Shown in pieces: positions 35,201 through 45,977 of a stretch of 64,000 nt of DNA. The translations under genes were made by a program, and so were the position numbers. The notes under the pieces are model-generated. The model did not search any database and was not told where the DNA came from. It worked only from the letters and a program-made list of their open reading frames with translations. Positions within the stretch are counted from its first letter, which is position 1, and the number at the start of each line of letters is the position of its first letter. Location: positions 3,786 through 67,785 of IMG/VR virus record IMGVR_UViG_3300032236_000601; one strand, 5' to 3'. This stretch comes from a virus.

Positions 35201-37795
35201 AGATGTTTTTGTCATATCTCCATATGTATTTGTTTGATAAATAATATAATAATTATTAGAATTATTAAAATAATTATTAAGCGTAGTTGATGTAGAAGAA
35301 CTAATGGTTAGCCCTGCATTAATTAAAAATGCTTGTAGGTCTGCTGCATCTACACTTCCAAGAACAGACCAAGATCCATCCATTGTGCTATCTACCCCGT
35401 TTACTGTAATATTACTATTAGTGGCAAAATCAATATTTTGTGCAACTTCAAGAATTACTGTATCTAGTGGTTGAACTACTGTTGCTGCTCCCAACCTTGT
35501 TTTACTTAAAACCGAATATGCTGTATATCCAACTGTTGGTATAGTTGCTGGTAAATCTGTTTTTAATGGCATAGCAGATAAAGAATAGCCAGATGATGTT
35601 TGTGCTGATTCATTAATCGTTCTAGAATCTTGTTGTCCAGCAACCTCCCAAAGAAGGACGGGCTTATATACATAGTTTTGAGATTCAGCAATATATGGTG
35701 CTTGAGCAATTGATCCAATTGATTTTTGAATATAACGAGTTGTATAGTTAATGACACCACCGTTAAAGGTTTTCTTTTCTTGTGAAGCAATATTAATAAT
35801 ATTTGGAAGCATTGTTGATCCATTGACTACAGTTTCTTTACCATATAATGTCATATCTGTTGATCTTGATGCTGTAGTGGGTAGCAAATAATTTTTAGAC
35901 ATAATAACTAAATTGTTGTATTCATCAAAAAACATTGCTGATTGTGATGAAATTGCTAATTGTTGTAAAGATTCTGCAATATTTTGATTTGGGCCTACGA
36001 AGAAGAAAGGAATTATTAATTCTTCATCGTCTGCCGTTCTTTTAAATACATAGTTGCTAAATCCAATGCTATCAAGCAATGTTGTTACAGCATAACTTAA
36101 TGATACATTTGTCAATAGCATCTCTGGAGACTTTTTGGATTCTAAGAAGTAGAATAAGTCTCTTACATTAAAGGTTAGGGTAGCGAATGCATCACTTACT
36201 TGAGGAATTGTTTCTGAATACATTGTCTTTATTGGCATATAGTAATCATATTCATTAACATTTTTTACAATGTCATAAAATAAAAACTTAATTTTTCCAT
36301 TTGAATATTGACTAACAACACTTCCTGTACCAGCAATTGGATCAAAAATATTTTGTTCATTAAACGTAAGATCATCATCAAAAATACTTATTGTGCCAGT
36401 TGATGCAAGCAATGATCCTGTTGGAAGAGAATAAGTTCCCAAGTCTGAAAGAGTTTTTGTTATTGTAAATGATTGAATTTTTTCAGTTACGTTGCCCACC
36501 AATCTTGGTGAAAGTTCAATTAAATCAAAGGTACAGTTTGCTTTATTCATGGTATCAACAACAATTCTTAATCCATAGATCATTTGAAATTCTCTAAAGA
36601 TTTTTGTTGTTCCTGAAACATAGTATGGGGGATTGTTAAAGGTTTTTAATACATGGGTGTCTTTTGTAATATCTGTTCCTGAAAGAATCCATGTATAGTT
36701 TGCATCATATGTCTGCCAACTTCCTCCATCGCTAATATACAAAACTCCCTTATCTGTGCTAGATGTTTTATATAAATAAGCATATCCAAGGGGCAGTATC
36801 GCATCATTTGTTGGTGGTGTAAACACTTCTCCTGCAAAAGTATATGTATTTACATATGCGTCTGGGATAATTAATCCATATTCAATTTCTACCTGACCAT
36901 CTGAACCAATCACTGGTGATCCATCATTACGAACTGATGATTCCGAAAATGACATTAAATCTATCCAGTTATTACTAGAATCAAGTGCTTGAATTCTCCA
37001 AATTGATGGAACTGTTCTATTAGACAATCCATAAAATGGATCTGGTTGATTTGCAACATTATCAATTCTAAATGGACCATTATCAACATCGCCAACATTA
37101 GTTTGCATCTTTATCGTTACCCTGTTTGCTGGAACAGGATTATTGTAAACTACAAAAGGGGCTGCATCATAAATATAATAAGAATTGCCTGTTTTTATTG
37201 TTAAAGATAGTCCAAATGGATTTTCTGTACTTAAATTATTTACATCAGTAGATACTTCTGTACGAAAGGAGGTCCAATATTTAAAATCATCATATCTTGA
37301 TGACATATAGTACCTTGGTCTTCTTGCATAATTTACTGTTCCATTTCTATAACCAGCGGTAATATCATCCAGGTACTGACCAGAAACACCTAAATATAAT
37401 AGTTTATTTATTCCAGATCTTGGCCTATTTTGCTTAAAACAGTCTTCAAGTGAATACATTAATTTAATTTTTTGTTTTGGTGTGGTATATGTTAAAAGAG
37501 TTTGTGATAAAAGGTCTGTATCGGCAAACCCAGCATTAACTACGGTATCTGAATCTGTGGCTCCTGTATAGTACCCCTTAAATCCAGCAGCATTGTTTAC
37601 TGGATCTACCACATCATATACAGGACGAATTGATGAATAATAAATATCTTTTGATCCTGGTCGATAGCGATAGTTACCAACTAAAGAAATGTTGTAGGAT
37701 TGATTTAAATTCCACTCTGCCCAGATTTCTTGCTGGTTTTCAATGGTATGCCCTTGCTCAAGTTTAGTCTTTAAATCATTATTTAATTGAAACAT
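32270..37795 (-). CDS. Large minor tail protein (tail tip/hub, 1841 aa)
   Basis: Second gene after tape measure; AMFFDEYNNL, PHLQLGDIV; several inserted beta modules. Confidence 0.8.
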   Translation of the reverse strand: MFQLNNDLKTKLEQGHTIENQQEIWAEWNLNQSYNISLVGNYRYRPGSKDIYYSSIRPVYDVVDPVNNAAGFKGYYTGATDSDTVVNAGFADTDLLSQTLLTYTTPKQKIKLMYSLEDCFKQNRPRSGINKLLYLGVSGQYLDDITAGYRNGTVNYARRPRYYMSSRYDDFKYWTSFRTEVSTDVNNLSTENPFGLSLTIKTGNSYYIYDAAPFVVYNNPVPANRVTIKMQTNVGDVDNGPFRIDNVANQPDPFYGLSNRTVPSIWRIQALDSSNNWIDLMSFSESSVRNDGSPVIGSDGQVEIEYGLIIPDAYVNTYTFAGEVFTPPTNDAILPLGYAYLYKTSSTDKGVLYISDGGSWQTYDANYTWILSGTDITKDTHVLKTFNNPPYYVSGTTKIFREFQMIYGLRIVVDTMNKANCTFDLIELSPRLVGNVTEKIQSFTITKTLSDLGTYSLPTGSLLASTGTISIFDDDLTFNEQNIFDPIAGTGSVVSQYSNGKIKFLFYDIVKNVNEYDYYMPIKTMYSETIPQVSDAFATLTFNVRDLFYFLESKKSPEMLLTNVSLSYAVTTLLDSIGFSNYVFKRTADDEELIIPFFFVGPNQNIAESLQQLAISSQSAMFFDEYNNLVIMSKNYLLPTTASRSTDMTLYGKETVVNGSTMLPNIINIASQEKKTFNGGVINYTTRYIQKSIGSIAQAPYIAESQNYVYKPVLLWEVAGQQDSRTINESAQTSSGYSLSAMPLKTDLPATIPTVGYTAYSVLSKTRLGAATVVQPLDTVILEVAQNIDFATNSNITVNGVDSTMDGSWSVLGSVDAADLQAFLINAGLTISSSTSTTLNNYFNNSNNYYIIYQTNTYGDMTKTSVTGGTLTSQPISNATLDFGESVYYLGNYAGYFYANGEIIRYDAVEYSVAGVGNVWIENNQQYQDYFAKLSFNGKMYPTGNVRIYTNIQDGIVITHGRGQFGTPIVEHTAGIPSTSTWVDDNYIHGSIQDAQDYLFNTNQTINYPSNTGVVNAGFQKVINNQTYLASDIAKKATRNSVIKNFMANTNITESSANYYKSALSGTVQSSALVFNGPTVPDAINPVNFVSYAYKPLQKPYSHFGTRVRVIGRVEQGSNVSQTPVGAFNIYSPSSVMSTDPAQQVSITGGSGGIAFSLNKDTNVGYYFEIAALSQTSISSYKNNSNVINYSVSSSTLTTATNDLVTVTLTTPHEFNIGDSVAVAGLIDDNNKTNGYTTLNGEFIITQISSDRKQFQYQITPPTITSASITAVTRTASGSNWLITYTANNNFSTGQQVTITGLAPTAYNVVKGIVTSATTSQFIVTVSADPGTPTITTGTATYNPLTTTSSSGGDVSKSLTSDSLISDVFFYKIVSGYNAADIIQVERSAGSTNSPAIVTLYTLRDHSFVQGEQIIVSNIGFGSSPETYTITNIPDSRSIQYQTNTTDTAISLNTLSPLGSIQGINTIAIPKILWRGFAGILIDDGKFTSQARLTTSEVSTVYDLSAEYVDNTTTRTFYLYINGQQVAVATDDSPLPIYNNMALFVRGNSRIMFENVYALSDNFSESTAKLLQAPVSQIFNTDSLTESNGLQRYSLSGMVQSTYLSGISAQNDPKYDLYYEEFGTIMREAAYFNIKYDRAFPALYAVLAPTFNRTQGYTVSGFYAGSYGAEFLIFNNVDKNINLDDTSGNYLRILGISFTQNTTHSLTVDDYFKKNSNFTDSIYSGSNNAGQYQKLYTDILNSRSKYGQNDFSINAQYVQTTAAAESMMDWTIKRVIYPKRTVGVVTFATPHLQLGDIVQISHSDFNGIPYVAPENTRFVVYNIEYQKGNGAVTTTVHLAEV

Positions 37796-38457
37796 TATAC
37801 TTCTTCCAATGATACAGAAACTGACCAGAGATCGTGATTGGTTGCACCACGCTTTTGAATGCTATATTGAAAACCAGAAAAATACATTTGTCGTATATCT
37901 GTGTAAATCCCCAAGTAATTAAATGATTGATCTGTTATTTGACCAGCAACCGTTTCATTATTAAACTTATCATATCCTAAATACACCCAAAATGGTCCAC
38001 TATGAGTTTCATACCAATCAAGTAGTTCTACTCCACCTGCTCCACCATCGACAGTATACTGTTCACTAGAGTATCCATTTGTTGGATTTCCATTAGAATA
38101 ATAGTTATCAGATGGTGCCCCATTTGATGAAAATATTACATTTCTTGAAAATGATCGTGAAGGAAGCATATCCCATGAAACAGATAATGTAATCTTATCA
38201 GCAATGTGATATGAACGCATCGTTCCATTAATCATTCTTTGACGATTTTCAATTCTTTGTTGACTAATTTGCATTTCTTTTCTGTTATGATCAGAACAAA
38301 TAATAAAGTCTTGTTTTTCTATACCGCTTGGAAATCTTACTCCATTATCAACACTTCCAGAGTCGTTAGCCCAAAGCATTGCTTGTGGTCTAGCCCATTT
38401 TTTTCTACCAGAAATGTAGGCAGATGTTGACGTTGCCCCATTGGGATTAATATCCAT
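37795..38457 (-). CDS. Distal tail-like protein
   Basis: Directly after tape measure; RMINGTMRSYH, VSVSLEEV. Confidence 0.7.
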   Translation of the reverse strand: MDINPNGATSTSAYISGRKKWARPQAMLWANDSGSVDNGVRFPSGIEKQDFIICSDHNRKEMQISQQRIENRQRMINGTMRSYHIADKITLSVSWDMLPSRSFSRNVIFSSNGAPSDNYYSNGNPTNGYSSEQYTVDGGAGGVELLDWYETHSGPFWVYLGYDKFNNETVAGQITDQSFNYLGIYTDIRQMYFSGFQYSIQKRGATNHDLWSVSVSLEEV

Positions 38458-41400
38458 TTATTCTCCTAATTGAACTATTGTCAACATTTCTAATTTTTGT
38501 CATAACCACATTAGCAATCTCATCTGCGCTGGCTCCTGGGTTTGTTACAGGAACGCTAACGCTATATGTATTATACACTGGAGCATGGATCTTTGTCGAT
38601 GCTGAACCCCTGACACTGCCCCCAGATCCTGGGAATGAATATCCTGGCATAACAGCGCTATTCTGATTCATTGCAGAAAGCATAGACATTCCATATCTAT
38701 CAACTGCTGCCTTACGCATTACAAATTCTCCTGGCATTAACATGGCTAATACAGAGTCCATCGCTGGATGCCCCCCACCATTTGCATATCCTCTAATCAT
38801 TCCACCATTTGCTTTGCCAGGTAGTGCGATAGTTAGCCCCATGCCATTTGATAGCAATGTTTGTCCATTAGAAGTATATGTTTGTGGTGTTGTTGCATTT
38901 GATATACCAGATGCACCACTTATATCCATGTGGTTTCCAGTGGCATCATTGTACGATCTTACTGCTGCTGCTGCTTCAAGCCATGCATCTGCAATTTTCT
39001 TAAGTGATCCAATTTGTGAATTTGTGGCTTGATCAATTGAAGTTTTCATATTGTCCCATTGATCATGAGTATAACCATTAACTGTATTTATTGCTGTTGC
39101 TACCTCTAAGTTTGTACTATAGTTTGTCAATAATTCTTGATATTGCTTATTTTGTAGTTGTAAGGTTTCCATAGTTCCATGCTGAATATCATAAATGTCA
39201 CTATTAAGATCTCTAATCTTAAGGTTATTGTTATAAATCTTATCTTCTTCAGCAGTAACCTGTAGGGTTGTTTGATAATCTTGTTCCTTGATATTGCTAA
39301 TTTGTTGTTCTGCTTGTAATCTAGTTAATCCACCTGGAGTCTTAAGTGCATCAATTTGATTTTGCATTGCATTTTGCATACCAGTTCTAACCTCATTGGT
39401 TGCATATTGAACCTGGCTTGCTTGCATTTGCTGTTGTGCTTGTGCAGCAGCATAAATATCTCCTGTACTAAGAGCCTTAGAAATATTTAACTGACTATTT
39501 TGTATATCAAGAATATGCTGATTTGCGGCGGCAATTGCATCAAGAGCCTTTAATCTCTTGTCATATGCAGTCTTAATTACAGTTTCTTGTTGTGACATAA
39601 TATCTAGATCATGAGTTAATGCACTTGAAACTCTATCTCTTATTGTTACCTGCCTGTTAAGATCATCAATGCCCTGTTGAGTTAAATTATTTTCATGAGT
39701 AAGAGAATCAATTTGCTTTTGCTTTGCATCAACAAGATCTTGCTGTTGTTGAATTTGTTCATCATTGATTTTAACTTGCAACTGCATTTGGTTTGTAGTC
39801 ATGCCATTAGCCTCAAGGAACTTTGCTTGCTGATCTAAAAGTGTTTTATCATCTAATGCTTTGAATGCAGCGTCTACTGCTGTTGTAAACTCTCCAATTT
39901 TTGTTTGTGAATCAGACATTTCACTTTGCAACTTTTCTGATGCAGTCATTGTTGCTTCAGCAAGAGCCTTTTGTGCTGCTGCACCAGCCTTTACATTTTC
40001 AACAAATTGCTTCCATTGTGTACTTCCCTTTTTCAAAGTATCTGCTTGCATAACTAGAGCATCATTAGATAAAATAAAATCTCTTTGATTCTTATCAAAT
40101 CCACTATTTGGCATCATCAATGATGTTGCAACTCTTGCTTTTTGCTGATTTAAAGCAATTTGCTTGTTTACATCATACATAGTGGTACCAAAAAGACCAT
40201 TAGTATAATCAGAAACAAGTTTTCTCATCTTGGCAGAACTCATTTTATAAAGTTCTTCGGCATTCTTTAATCCAGCATCTCCTGTACCAATTGCATCAAG
40301 AATTGCTTGTGGAATATTTCCAAATTTACCCTTAATTTTATTAATCATTGCGGGGTATGTGTTAGCAGTTCCAGCAGCATCGGCAATAAATTGTTGAATT
40401 GTTGTTAGTGATTTTGAGCCGCCGCTGGTGCTATTAGGATCTTTAGGTGGTTTAGGATTTTTAGTATCAAGTGTATTTTGAATATCTTGAGCATTAAATG
40501 CATCAGCGTAACTCTTAAGATAATTTTGAAGTTGTGTTGGATTCATTTGCTTTCCTGAAGCATCCTGAATTTGAATCGCAGCCATTACTGCAAATTTAAA
40601 TGAATTTGGCTTTTTTGAAAAATCATCTAAACTCATTCCCATTGCTTTTAGATCTGCTTTTACAGTTTGAGGACTTATTCCACCATCCTTACCGCCTCCA
40701 AAAATAATCTGCGCTCTTTTCATTGGACTTGGTGTTTTATTAAAGATTTTAATTCCATTAACTAGGTTTTCTAATCTTTTTTCTCCATCATTAGAGTCTA
40801 TGGTTATTTTTGATCTAAAATTAGTTGGAACACTGCTAAATGCATCTAATGCATCTGATATTGATGTAAGGTCTTTTACGTTTGCCTTAGTTATTTCAGT
40901 ATAAATTGTTTTTTTAAGTTTGTCATCTGTAACAGATTCTACCGCTCCAAGTGCTTTAGTATATTTATCAATTTCTTCTGGAGTAATATTTGCTTGCTTT
41001 TTTACAACAATGTCTAAATTCTTTCTTCCTTGAGTATCCAGGGAATACCATGAATCTAATGTTTTTTGAGCACCTTTAACATCTCCAGTTTGTTCTAAGT
41101 TTAATACAAGATTAGTTACATTATTTGCATTATCTCCAGTATTTAAAAGTGTCTGCAATTGTGAAATGTTTATGCCCTTTGTTTGAACGTCATAAATAAG
41201 TTTTTGCACTTGAGTAGCATTGTCTGTGCCAATGGCTCCACCTTTTGCTTTTTCAGCCAGAGAATTTATTATTGAATAAGCATCAATACCACCGTTGGCA
41301 TTAGATATTGCATCAAATGCTGCATTTCTGGCATTTGCTCCTAGTGGATTATATAAATTATTGCTTTGAATTGCATCACTGGTAGAATTTTTTAAAAATT

Positions 41401-44400
41401 GGTTTCTAGCATCTGCTTCCTTTTGTGTTAAACTACTTTGATCTTCTTGCAATTTCTTTAATTTCTCTGCTTCTTTTGTAGTTAATTGTCTTTTATTCTT
41501 AATTGTTTCTAATTTATCAATTTGACTTTGAAGTGCTTGATTTGCTTGAATATCATTTTGTTTTTGCTGATTTGCAAAATTTATTGCAGCAGTCTGATAT
41601 GCCGTAGTCGCTTTTACTGCATCATTAAAATTACCGCCAAAGCCAAGTGTTGATCCTAGTCCCCCATTATTTGCCATTGCTTCTTGCATATTTGTAATAA
41701 GTGTTTGTAGGTTTTGTTTACTTGATTGTTCAATTTTTACATAAACTGTTACTGGATCTTTGTAAATATCTTTTCCATCTGGACCAATCATTGATGTAAT
41801 TTTTCCAAGAATCTGTGGAGTAAGTTTTGTTTGTCCTAATTGATTGGATATTGCATATGCTAAAGATTTTGCCTGATCTGGACTTATTGCGTTAGAAACA
41901 ACCATTTGTGTTAATTTATTAGATAGAGTATCAACAAAATTTTGAGCACCCATTTCAAGACTGGCCTGTGCTTCTGAAGAAAATGCTTTTCCGCTTTCTG
42001 TTTGCAAAAAGCCTTGTGCTTTATCTAATTGTGGTGATGAAAGGCCAGTGTATTGTTTAAACTGGGAACTTGTTTGCTTTTGAATTGTAAGAGTATTTCC
42101 ATAATAATTTGCAGCACCCTGAAGTTCATTTGCTGTAATTATTTCAGCATCTCCTAATTTCTTTCCAGCGGCTATAGCATTATCAATACTCTTTCTCCAA
42201 AGAACCATTGCTGCAATAACTCCACCTATAACTGCTGCGGCTGCTAAAAATGGTGCGGCTGCAAGAGCCATAGAGGCAGCAAATCCTAAAAGTTCTGCCG
42301 TTGTTATATCTTCTGCTACAGCAAATGCTCCTGTAGAAATCATTTGATTAATAATAAGTACCTTTAATCCTCCAAAGAGTGCAGCAATGCCCTGAGCACC
42401 AAAAATAAATGGCATAATACTTTGTGCTACCTGACCAACACTGTTGTTCATCATAGACAAGCCAAGAGTAACAGTATCTAAACCAGTGCTTAGTGCAATC
42501 ATCTTGCCTGCACCCATTTTCATTTTTGAAGATACGTTCTTTGAATTATTACTTACTTCTTCTGTTGCAGTAATCTCACCACTTAATGCTTTTTCTTGTG
42601 CCGCCATTAAACCAGAAGCGATACCGATATTTCCTTGACCACCTGGTAATCCAAATGGCACTATTTTATTTGGAATTTTGGGTGTATTTTCTGCAATAAT
42701 TCCTGAACTTGTTTGTGGCATATTTGCAGAAGATGCATATAATGCCGATCCAGCCATTCCAAATGCCATAATTGGTTTGCCAGATTGTGCTGTTGCTATT
42801 GCTTTTGTTGCCGCCTCTCCAACCTGTGTTGCTTGATCAATAACAGATTGCTCTCCTTCCTTCATTCCAACAACTAGTCCGTCGGTAATATCTTTACCAG
42901 TTTTCTTTGTTTTCTTTGAAGGAGATTGTGTTTGTGCAGATGAATTTATTGAACCTATTGCTGAATTTCCAAGGGATTCACCCATTTTTGTTGCTTCAAC
43001 TGCAAACTCTGAAGTGAACTGTGAAAAGTTTTTACTAATTGATGCAAGTCTAATTTTTGTTTCAACGTCTAATTTTTTCCATATTTCAACAACCTTATCT
43101 GTTTCAACATTTAATTCTGATGCCATTGGAGCAAGATCTATTTGTTGTGGTCCTAAATAATATGGAACATTTCCAACAGATACCATTCCAGCCTTATATT
43201 GCTTACGACGAGATTCGGCCCTATATGCTGTACCAAAAAATTTTCCAAGCGAAATTCTTCTGCCGCGAACTCTTGATCCAGTTTCTGGATTTATGCCCGA
43301 TGATGCTGGATCGGTAATTGATGTTGGATTTGACATCGCTAATCTAGCCTGCTTTACTGCATCACTTCCAGATGCAGCAACTTCATCATATGCATTAGTA
43401 ACAATTTTTCCAAAATTTTCTTCAGTCAAGATAATATTATCTTTTTGTTTTGATAATTGTTGACCAATCTTTTGTGTAATTTGTTCAACAGTTGATTTAA
43501 TACTTACTGGATCAACGCCAGCCTTTTTAAGTTGTAGTTCAAGTTCTCCATGAGCAAATGCACTATTTTCAATTAAATCTTTCTTTGCCATTCCAAATGT
43601 TGCTGTTCCAGCATTTAGTGCAGAATTAAGTTCTTGTGAGACATTGACAACCTCATTAGTATATACTTTTACACTTTTGCCAGCGGCTTTTGCTGCTTCT
43701 ATTGCTCTTTGAGCACTAGGAGTAGCATTTTTTGAAATTTCAGATAATTCTTCATCAGTTGCAACTTTTGGTAAAACAAAGTGTGCAGATGAAAATCCTC
43801 CACCAACACTCACAACTCCACTTGCATATCCAGGAAGATTTCCAGAGTTCATTGCGCTAAGTATTGGTCCATACTTTTGTGTGGCCTGCTTTGTTATTAC
43901 AGTTTCTCCTGGTGTAAGCATTGCTGGAATGGTATCTCCATTACCACTTCCTGGAACAATTCCACCAGTAGCCATCTTTCTTACTGGACTTCCTAACATT
44001 GTTGGAAGATTTTCTGCTGCTGATGTTGCTGCTTTAGCATATCTTTGATATGCAAGAATTAATTCATCAAGTGATTGCTTTTGAATATTAATAGATTCTG
44101 TAAGTGAAGTAGTTTTTCCTTCCAATGAGGCTGCCGCCGCAGCAGCATCTAATTCCTCAGTCTTCATATACTTAAAGATTGATCCACCATCTTTAATTCT
44201 ATTAAAGAAATTATTTACAATTGAGATTCCCTTGACTATGTTACCCGCAAAGTTTCCAAACAAACCGATACCCATAATTAATGCTGGTACAACAAGACCG
44301 AATCCCGCTATAAGTATTGTAATAAAGTTTTTAACTCCTGGGCTTAGTGAGTTAATTTTGTCAAATATATTTGAAAATAATGTAAGAACTGGAGTAACAA

Positions 44401-45940
44401 TCTTTAGGAACATTTCTCCAATTGGTGCAATAGCAATTTTAAGTTTTTCTACTGCCCCTTGAAATTTTGCGGTAGTTGATTGTTCAATTTGACTTAAAGA
44501 TTTGTCAGACATTGTTGCAAGTTGCTGGGTATTCATTCCAAGAAGTTGCATGGCCTGCGCTACCTGACCAGTCTTTTGGTTTAGACCATCAAACAGTGCT
44601 CCAATACGAGCAAACTGATACTTACCGAATACCTTTGCAAGCACTTGCTCTCTATCAAACTTATTAAGACCTTCTAGAGATGCACCAAATTGAGTAACAA
44701 GGCCCATAAGGTTTCCCTTATTTTCTTGAACCATTTGTTGAAGATTGATGTGATATTTAGAAAGTTCAGTTGTTGCAGCCTTAGTAGGATTAATCAATGA
44801 TGCAAGTCCAGACTTTAATGCGTTTGCACCCTGTTCTGCACTTACACCACCAGCCTTCATTGCTACAAGCATGACGGCTAGGTCTTTTACGTTACCACCT
44901 AGACCCTGAATTACAGGGGCAACACGAGGAATAGCACTTGTAAGATCGTCTACAGTAAGAACTGTTTGGTTTGCCACAGCACCGATGAAGTCTACTGTTG
45001 GTGCTAATTGCTGATTACTTAGTTTAAATGCAGTCTGCAAGGTAATTGTTGTGGTCAAAGCCTTTTGATAATCAATTTGACCAATTGTTGCCAGCCTTAA
45101 AGACTGTTCTGTCTGAGAGGTTAGTTGCTGATTCTGAAAACCTGCTGCTGCTGCATCGGCAGCAACCTTCATGGTATCTTGCAGAGAAATACCATACTTG
45201 GTATATTCAACACCTAGAGCCTTGACTGCATCCAAGTTCTTTTGAGTCTCTGCTGCTGGAGTGGTAATATCTCCATATACTCTCTTAAAGTCTCTTGCTT
45301 GCTGATCAAGTTGCATAAATGTCTTTGCAGCATATGCTCCAAACGCAGCAAGGGGTACGCTGAATCCAACCATCAACTGGCGACCAGCCCATTGGGTATT
45401 CTTACCCCAGTTGATCATTGATGTTGAACCATCGCTCAGCAACTTATTAAAAATTTGTTGTCTTTGAATTCCTACAGCAAATTCTTGATTTTGCAAATGC
45501 ATTGGCTGAATAGCCAGCGTTTTAGTAAATCCATTTTGTGCTTGACCAAGTGCTACATATTGTGTCTGAAGTTTCTTAACTCTTTCTTCAGCAAGAGCCA
45601 TAATATCATTATGCTGTTGAGAAAATACTTTTCCAAAATTCTGAGTAGAAGCAATTCCATATTTAAAATATTCTCCCAGCGATAATTTACTCTTATCAAT
45701 CGCTGATCCAAGTCTTGATACACTTGATTCAACATTTCTAACTGATGTAGAGAATTGACCAATTGCCCCGACTTGTGATGCAAAGTTATTAACTAGATTC
45801 TTTTGTGATGCAGCAGCGCTAGCATTTGTTTGCAAGACAGCCTTATTAAAGGCATTAATTTCACCCTGTAGTTGTCTTAAGGACTCAATAGCACTAGTAG
45901 CATTTACGCCTATATTAATATTTGCGTTTACATCACTCAC
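38447..45940 (-). CDS. Tape measure protein (2497 aa)
   Basis: Longest ORF, after tail chaperones; TP901-type region (GANALKSGLASLINPT), hydrophobic segments, coiled coils. Confidence 0.95.
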   Translation of the reverse strand: MSDVNANINIGVNATSAIESLRQLQGEINAFNKAVLQTNASAAASQKNLVNNFASQVGAIGQFSTSVRNVESSVSRLGSAIDKSKLSLGEYFKYGIASTQNFGKVFSQQHNDIMALAEERVKKLQTQYVALGQAQNGFTKTLAIQPMHLQNQEFAVGIQRQQIFNKLLSDGSTSMINWGKNTQWAGRQLMVGFSVPLAAFGAYAAKTFMQLDQQARDFKRVYGDITTPAAETQKNLDAVKALGVEYTKYGISLQDTMKVAADAAAAGFQNQQLTSQTEQSLRLATIGQIDYQKALTTTITLQTAFKLSNQQLAPTVDFIGAVANQTVLTVDDLTSAIPRVAPVIQGLGGNVKDLAVMLVAMKAGGVSAEQGANALKSGLASLINPTKAATTELSKYHINLQQMVQENKGNLMGLVTQFGASLEGLNKFDREQVLAKVFGKYQFARIGALFDGLNQKTGQVAQAMQLLGMNTQQLATMSDKSLSQIEQSTTAKFQGAVEKLKIAIAPIGEMFLKIVTPVLTLFSNIFDKINSLSPGVKNFITILIAGFGLVVPALIMGIGLFGNFAGNIVKGISIVNNFFNRIKDGGSIFKYMKTEELDAAAAAASLEGKTTSLTESINIQKQSLDELILAYQRYAKAATSAAENLPTMLGSPVRKMATGGIVPGSGNGDTIPAMLTPGETVITKQATQKYGPILSAMNSGNLPGYASGVVSVGGGFSSAHFVLPKVATDEELSEISKNATPSAQRAIEAAKAAGKSVKVYTNEVVNVSQELNSALNAGTATFGMAKKDLIENSAFAHGELELQLKKAGVDPVSIKSTVEQITQKIGQQLSKQKDNIILTEENFGKIVTNAYDEVAASGSDAVKQARLAMSNPTSITDPASSGINPETGSRVRGRRISLGKFFGTAYRAESRRKQYKAGMVSVGNVPYYLGPQQIDLAPMASELNVETDKVVEIWKKLDVETKIRLASISKNFSQFTSEFAVEATKMGESLGNSAIGSINSSAQTQSPSKKTKKTGKDITDGLVVGMKEGEQSVIDQATQVGEAATKAIATAQSGKPIMAFGMAGSALYASSANMPQTSSGIIAENTPKIPNKIVPFGLPGGQGNIGIASGLMAAQEKALSGEITATEEVSNNSKNVSSKMKMGAGKMIALSTGLDTVTLGLSMMNNSVGQVAQSIMPFIFGAQGIAALFGGLKVLIINQMISTGAFAVAEDITTAELLGFAASMALAAAPFLAAAAVIGGVIAAMVLWRKSIDNAIAAGKKLGDAEIITANELQGAANYYGNTLTIQKQTSSQFKQYTGLSSPQLDKAQGFLQTESGKAFSSEAQASLEMGAQNFVDTLSNKLTQMVVSNAISPDQAKSLAYAISNQLGQTKLTPQILGKITSMIGPDGKDIYKDPVTVYVKIEQSSKQNLQTLITNMQEAMANNGGLGSTLGFGGNFNDAVKATTAYQTAAINFANQQKQNDIQANQALQSQIDKLETIKNKRQLTTKEAEKLKKLQEDQSSLTQKEADARNQFLKNSTSDAIQSNNLYNPLGANARNAAFDAISNANGGIDAYSIINSLAEKAKGGAIGTDNATQVQKLIYDVQTKGINISQLQTLLNTGDNANNVTNLVLNLEQTGDVKGAQKTLDSWYSLDTQGRKNLDIVVKKQANITPEEIDKYTKALGAVESVTDDKLKKTIYTEITKANVKDLTSISDALDAFSSVPTNFRSKITIDSNDGEKRLENLVNGIKIFNKTPSPMKRAQIIFGGGKDGGISPQTVKADLKAMGMSLDDFSKKPNSFKFAVMAAIQIQDASGKQMNPTQLQNYLKSYADAFNAQDIQNTLDTKNPKPPKDPNSTSGGSKSLTTIQQFIADAAGTANTYPAMINKIKGKFGNIPQAILDAIGTGDAGLKNAEELYKMSSAKMRKLVSDYTNGLFGTTMYDVNKQIALNQQKARVATSLMMPNSGFDKNQRDFILSNDALVMQADTLKKGSTQWKQFVENVKAGAAAQKALAEATMTASEKLQSEMSDSQTKIGEFTTAVDAAFKALDDKTLLDQQAKFLEANGMTTNQMQLQVKINDEQIQQQQDLVDAKQKQIDSLTHENNLTQQGIDDLNRQVTIRDRVSSALTHDLDIMSQQETVIKTAYDKRLKALDAIAAANQHILDIQNSQLNISKALSTGDIYAAAQAQQQMQASQVQYATNEVRTGMQNAMQNQIDALKTPGGLTRLQAEQQISNIKEQDYQTTLQVTAEEDKIYNNNLKIRDLNSDIYDIQHGTMETLQLQNKQYQELLTNYSTNLEVATAINTVNGYTHDQWDNMKTSIDQATNSQIGSLKKIADAWLEAAAAVRSYNDATGNHMDISGASGISNATTPQTYTSNGQTLLSNGMGLTIALPGKANGGMIRGYANGGGHPAMDSVLAMLMPGEFVMRKAAVDRYGMSMLSAMNQNSAVMPGYSFPGSGGSVRGSASTKIHAPVYNTYSVSVPVTNPGASADEIANVVMTKIRNVDNSSIRRINGY

Positions 45941-45977
45941 AGATTAGCACCTCTTTAATATTATACACTAGAGGACT

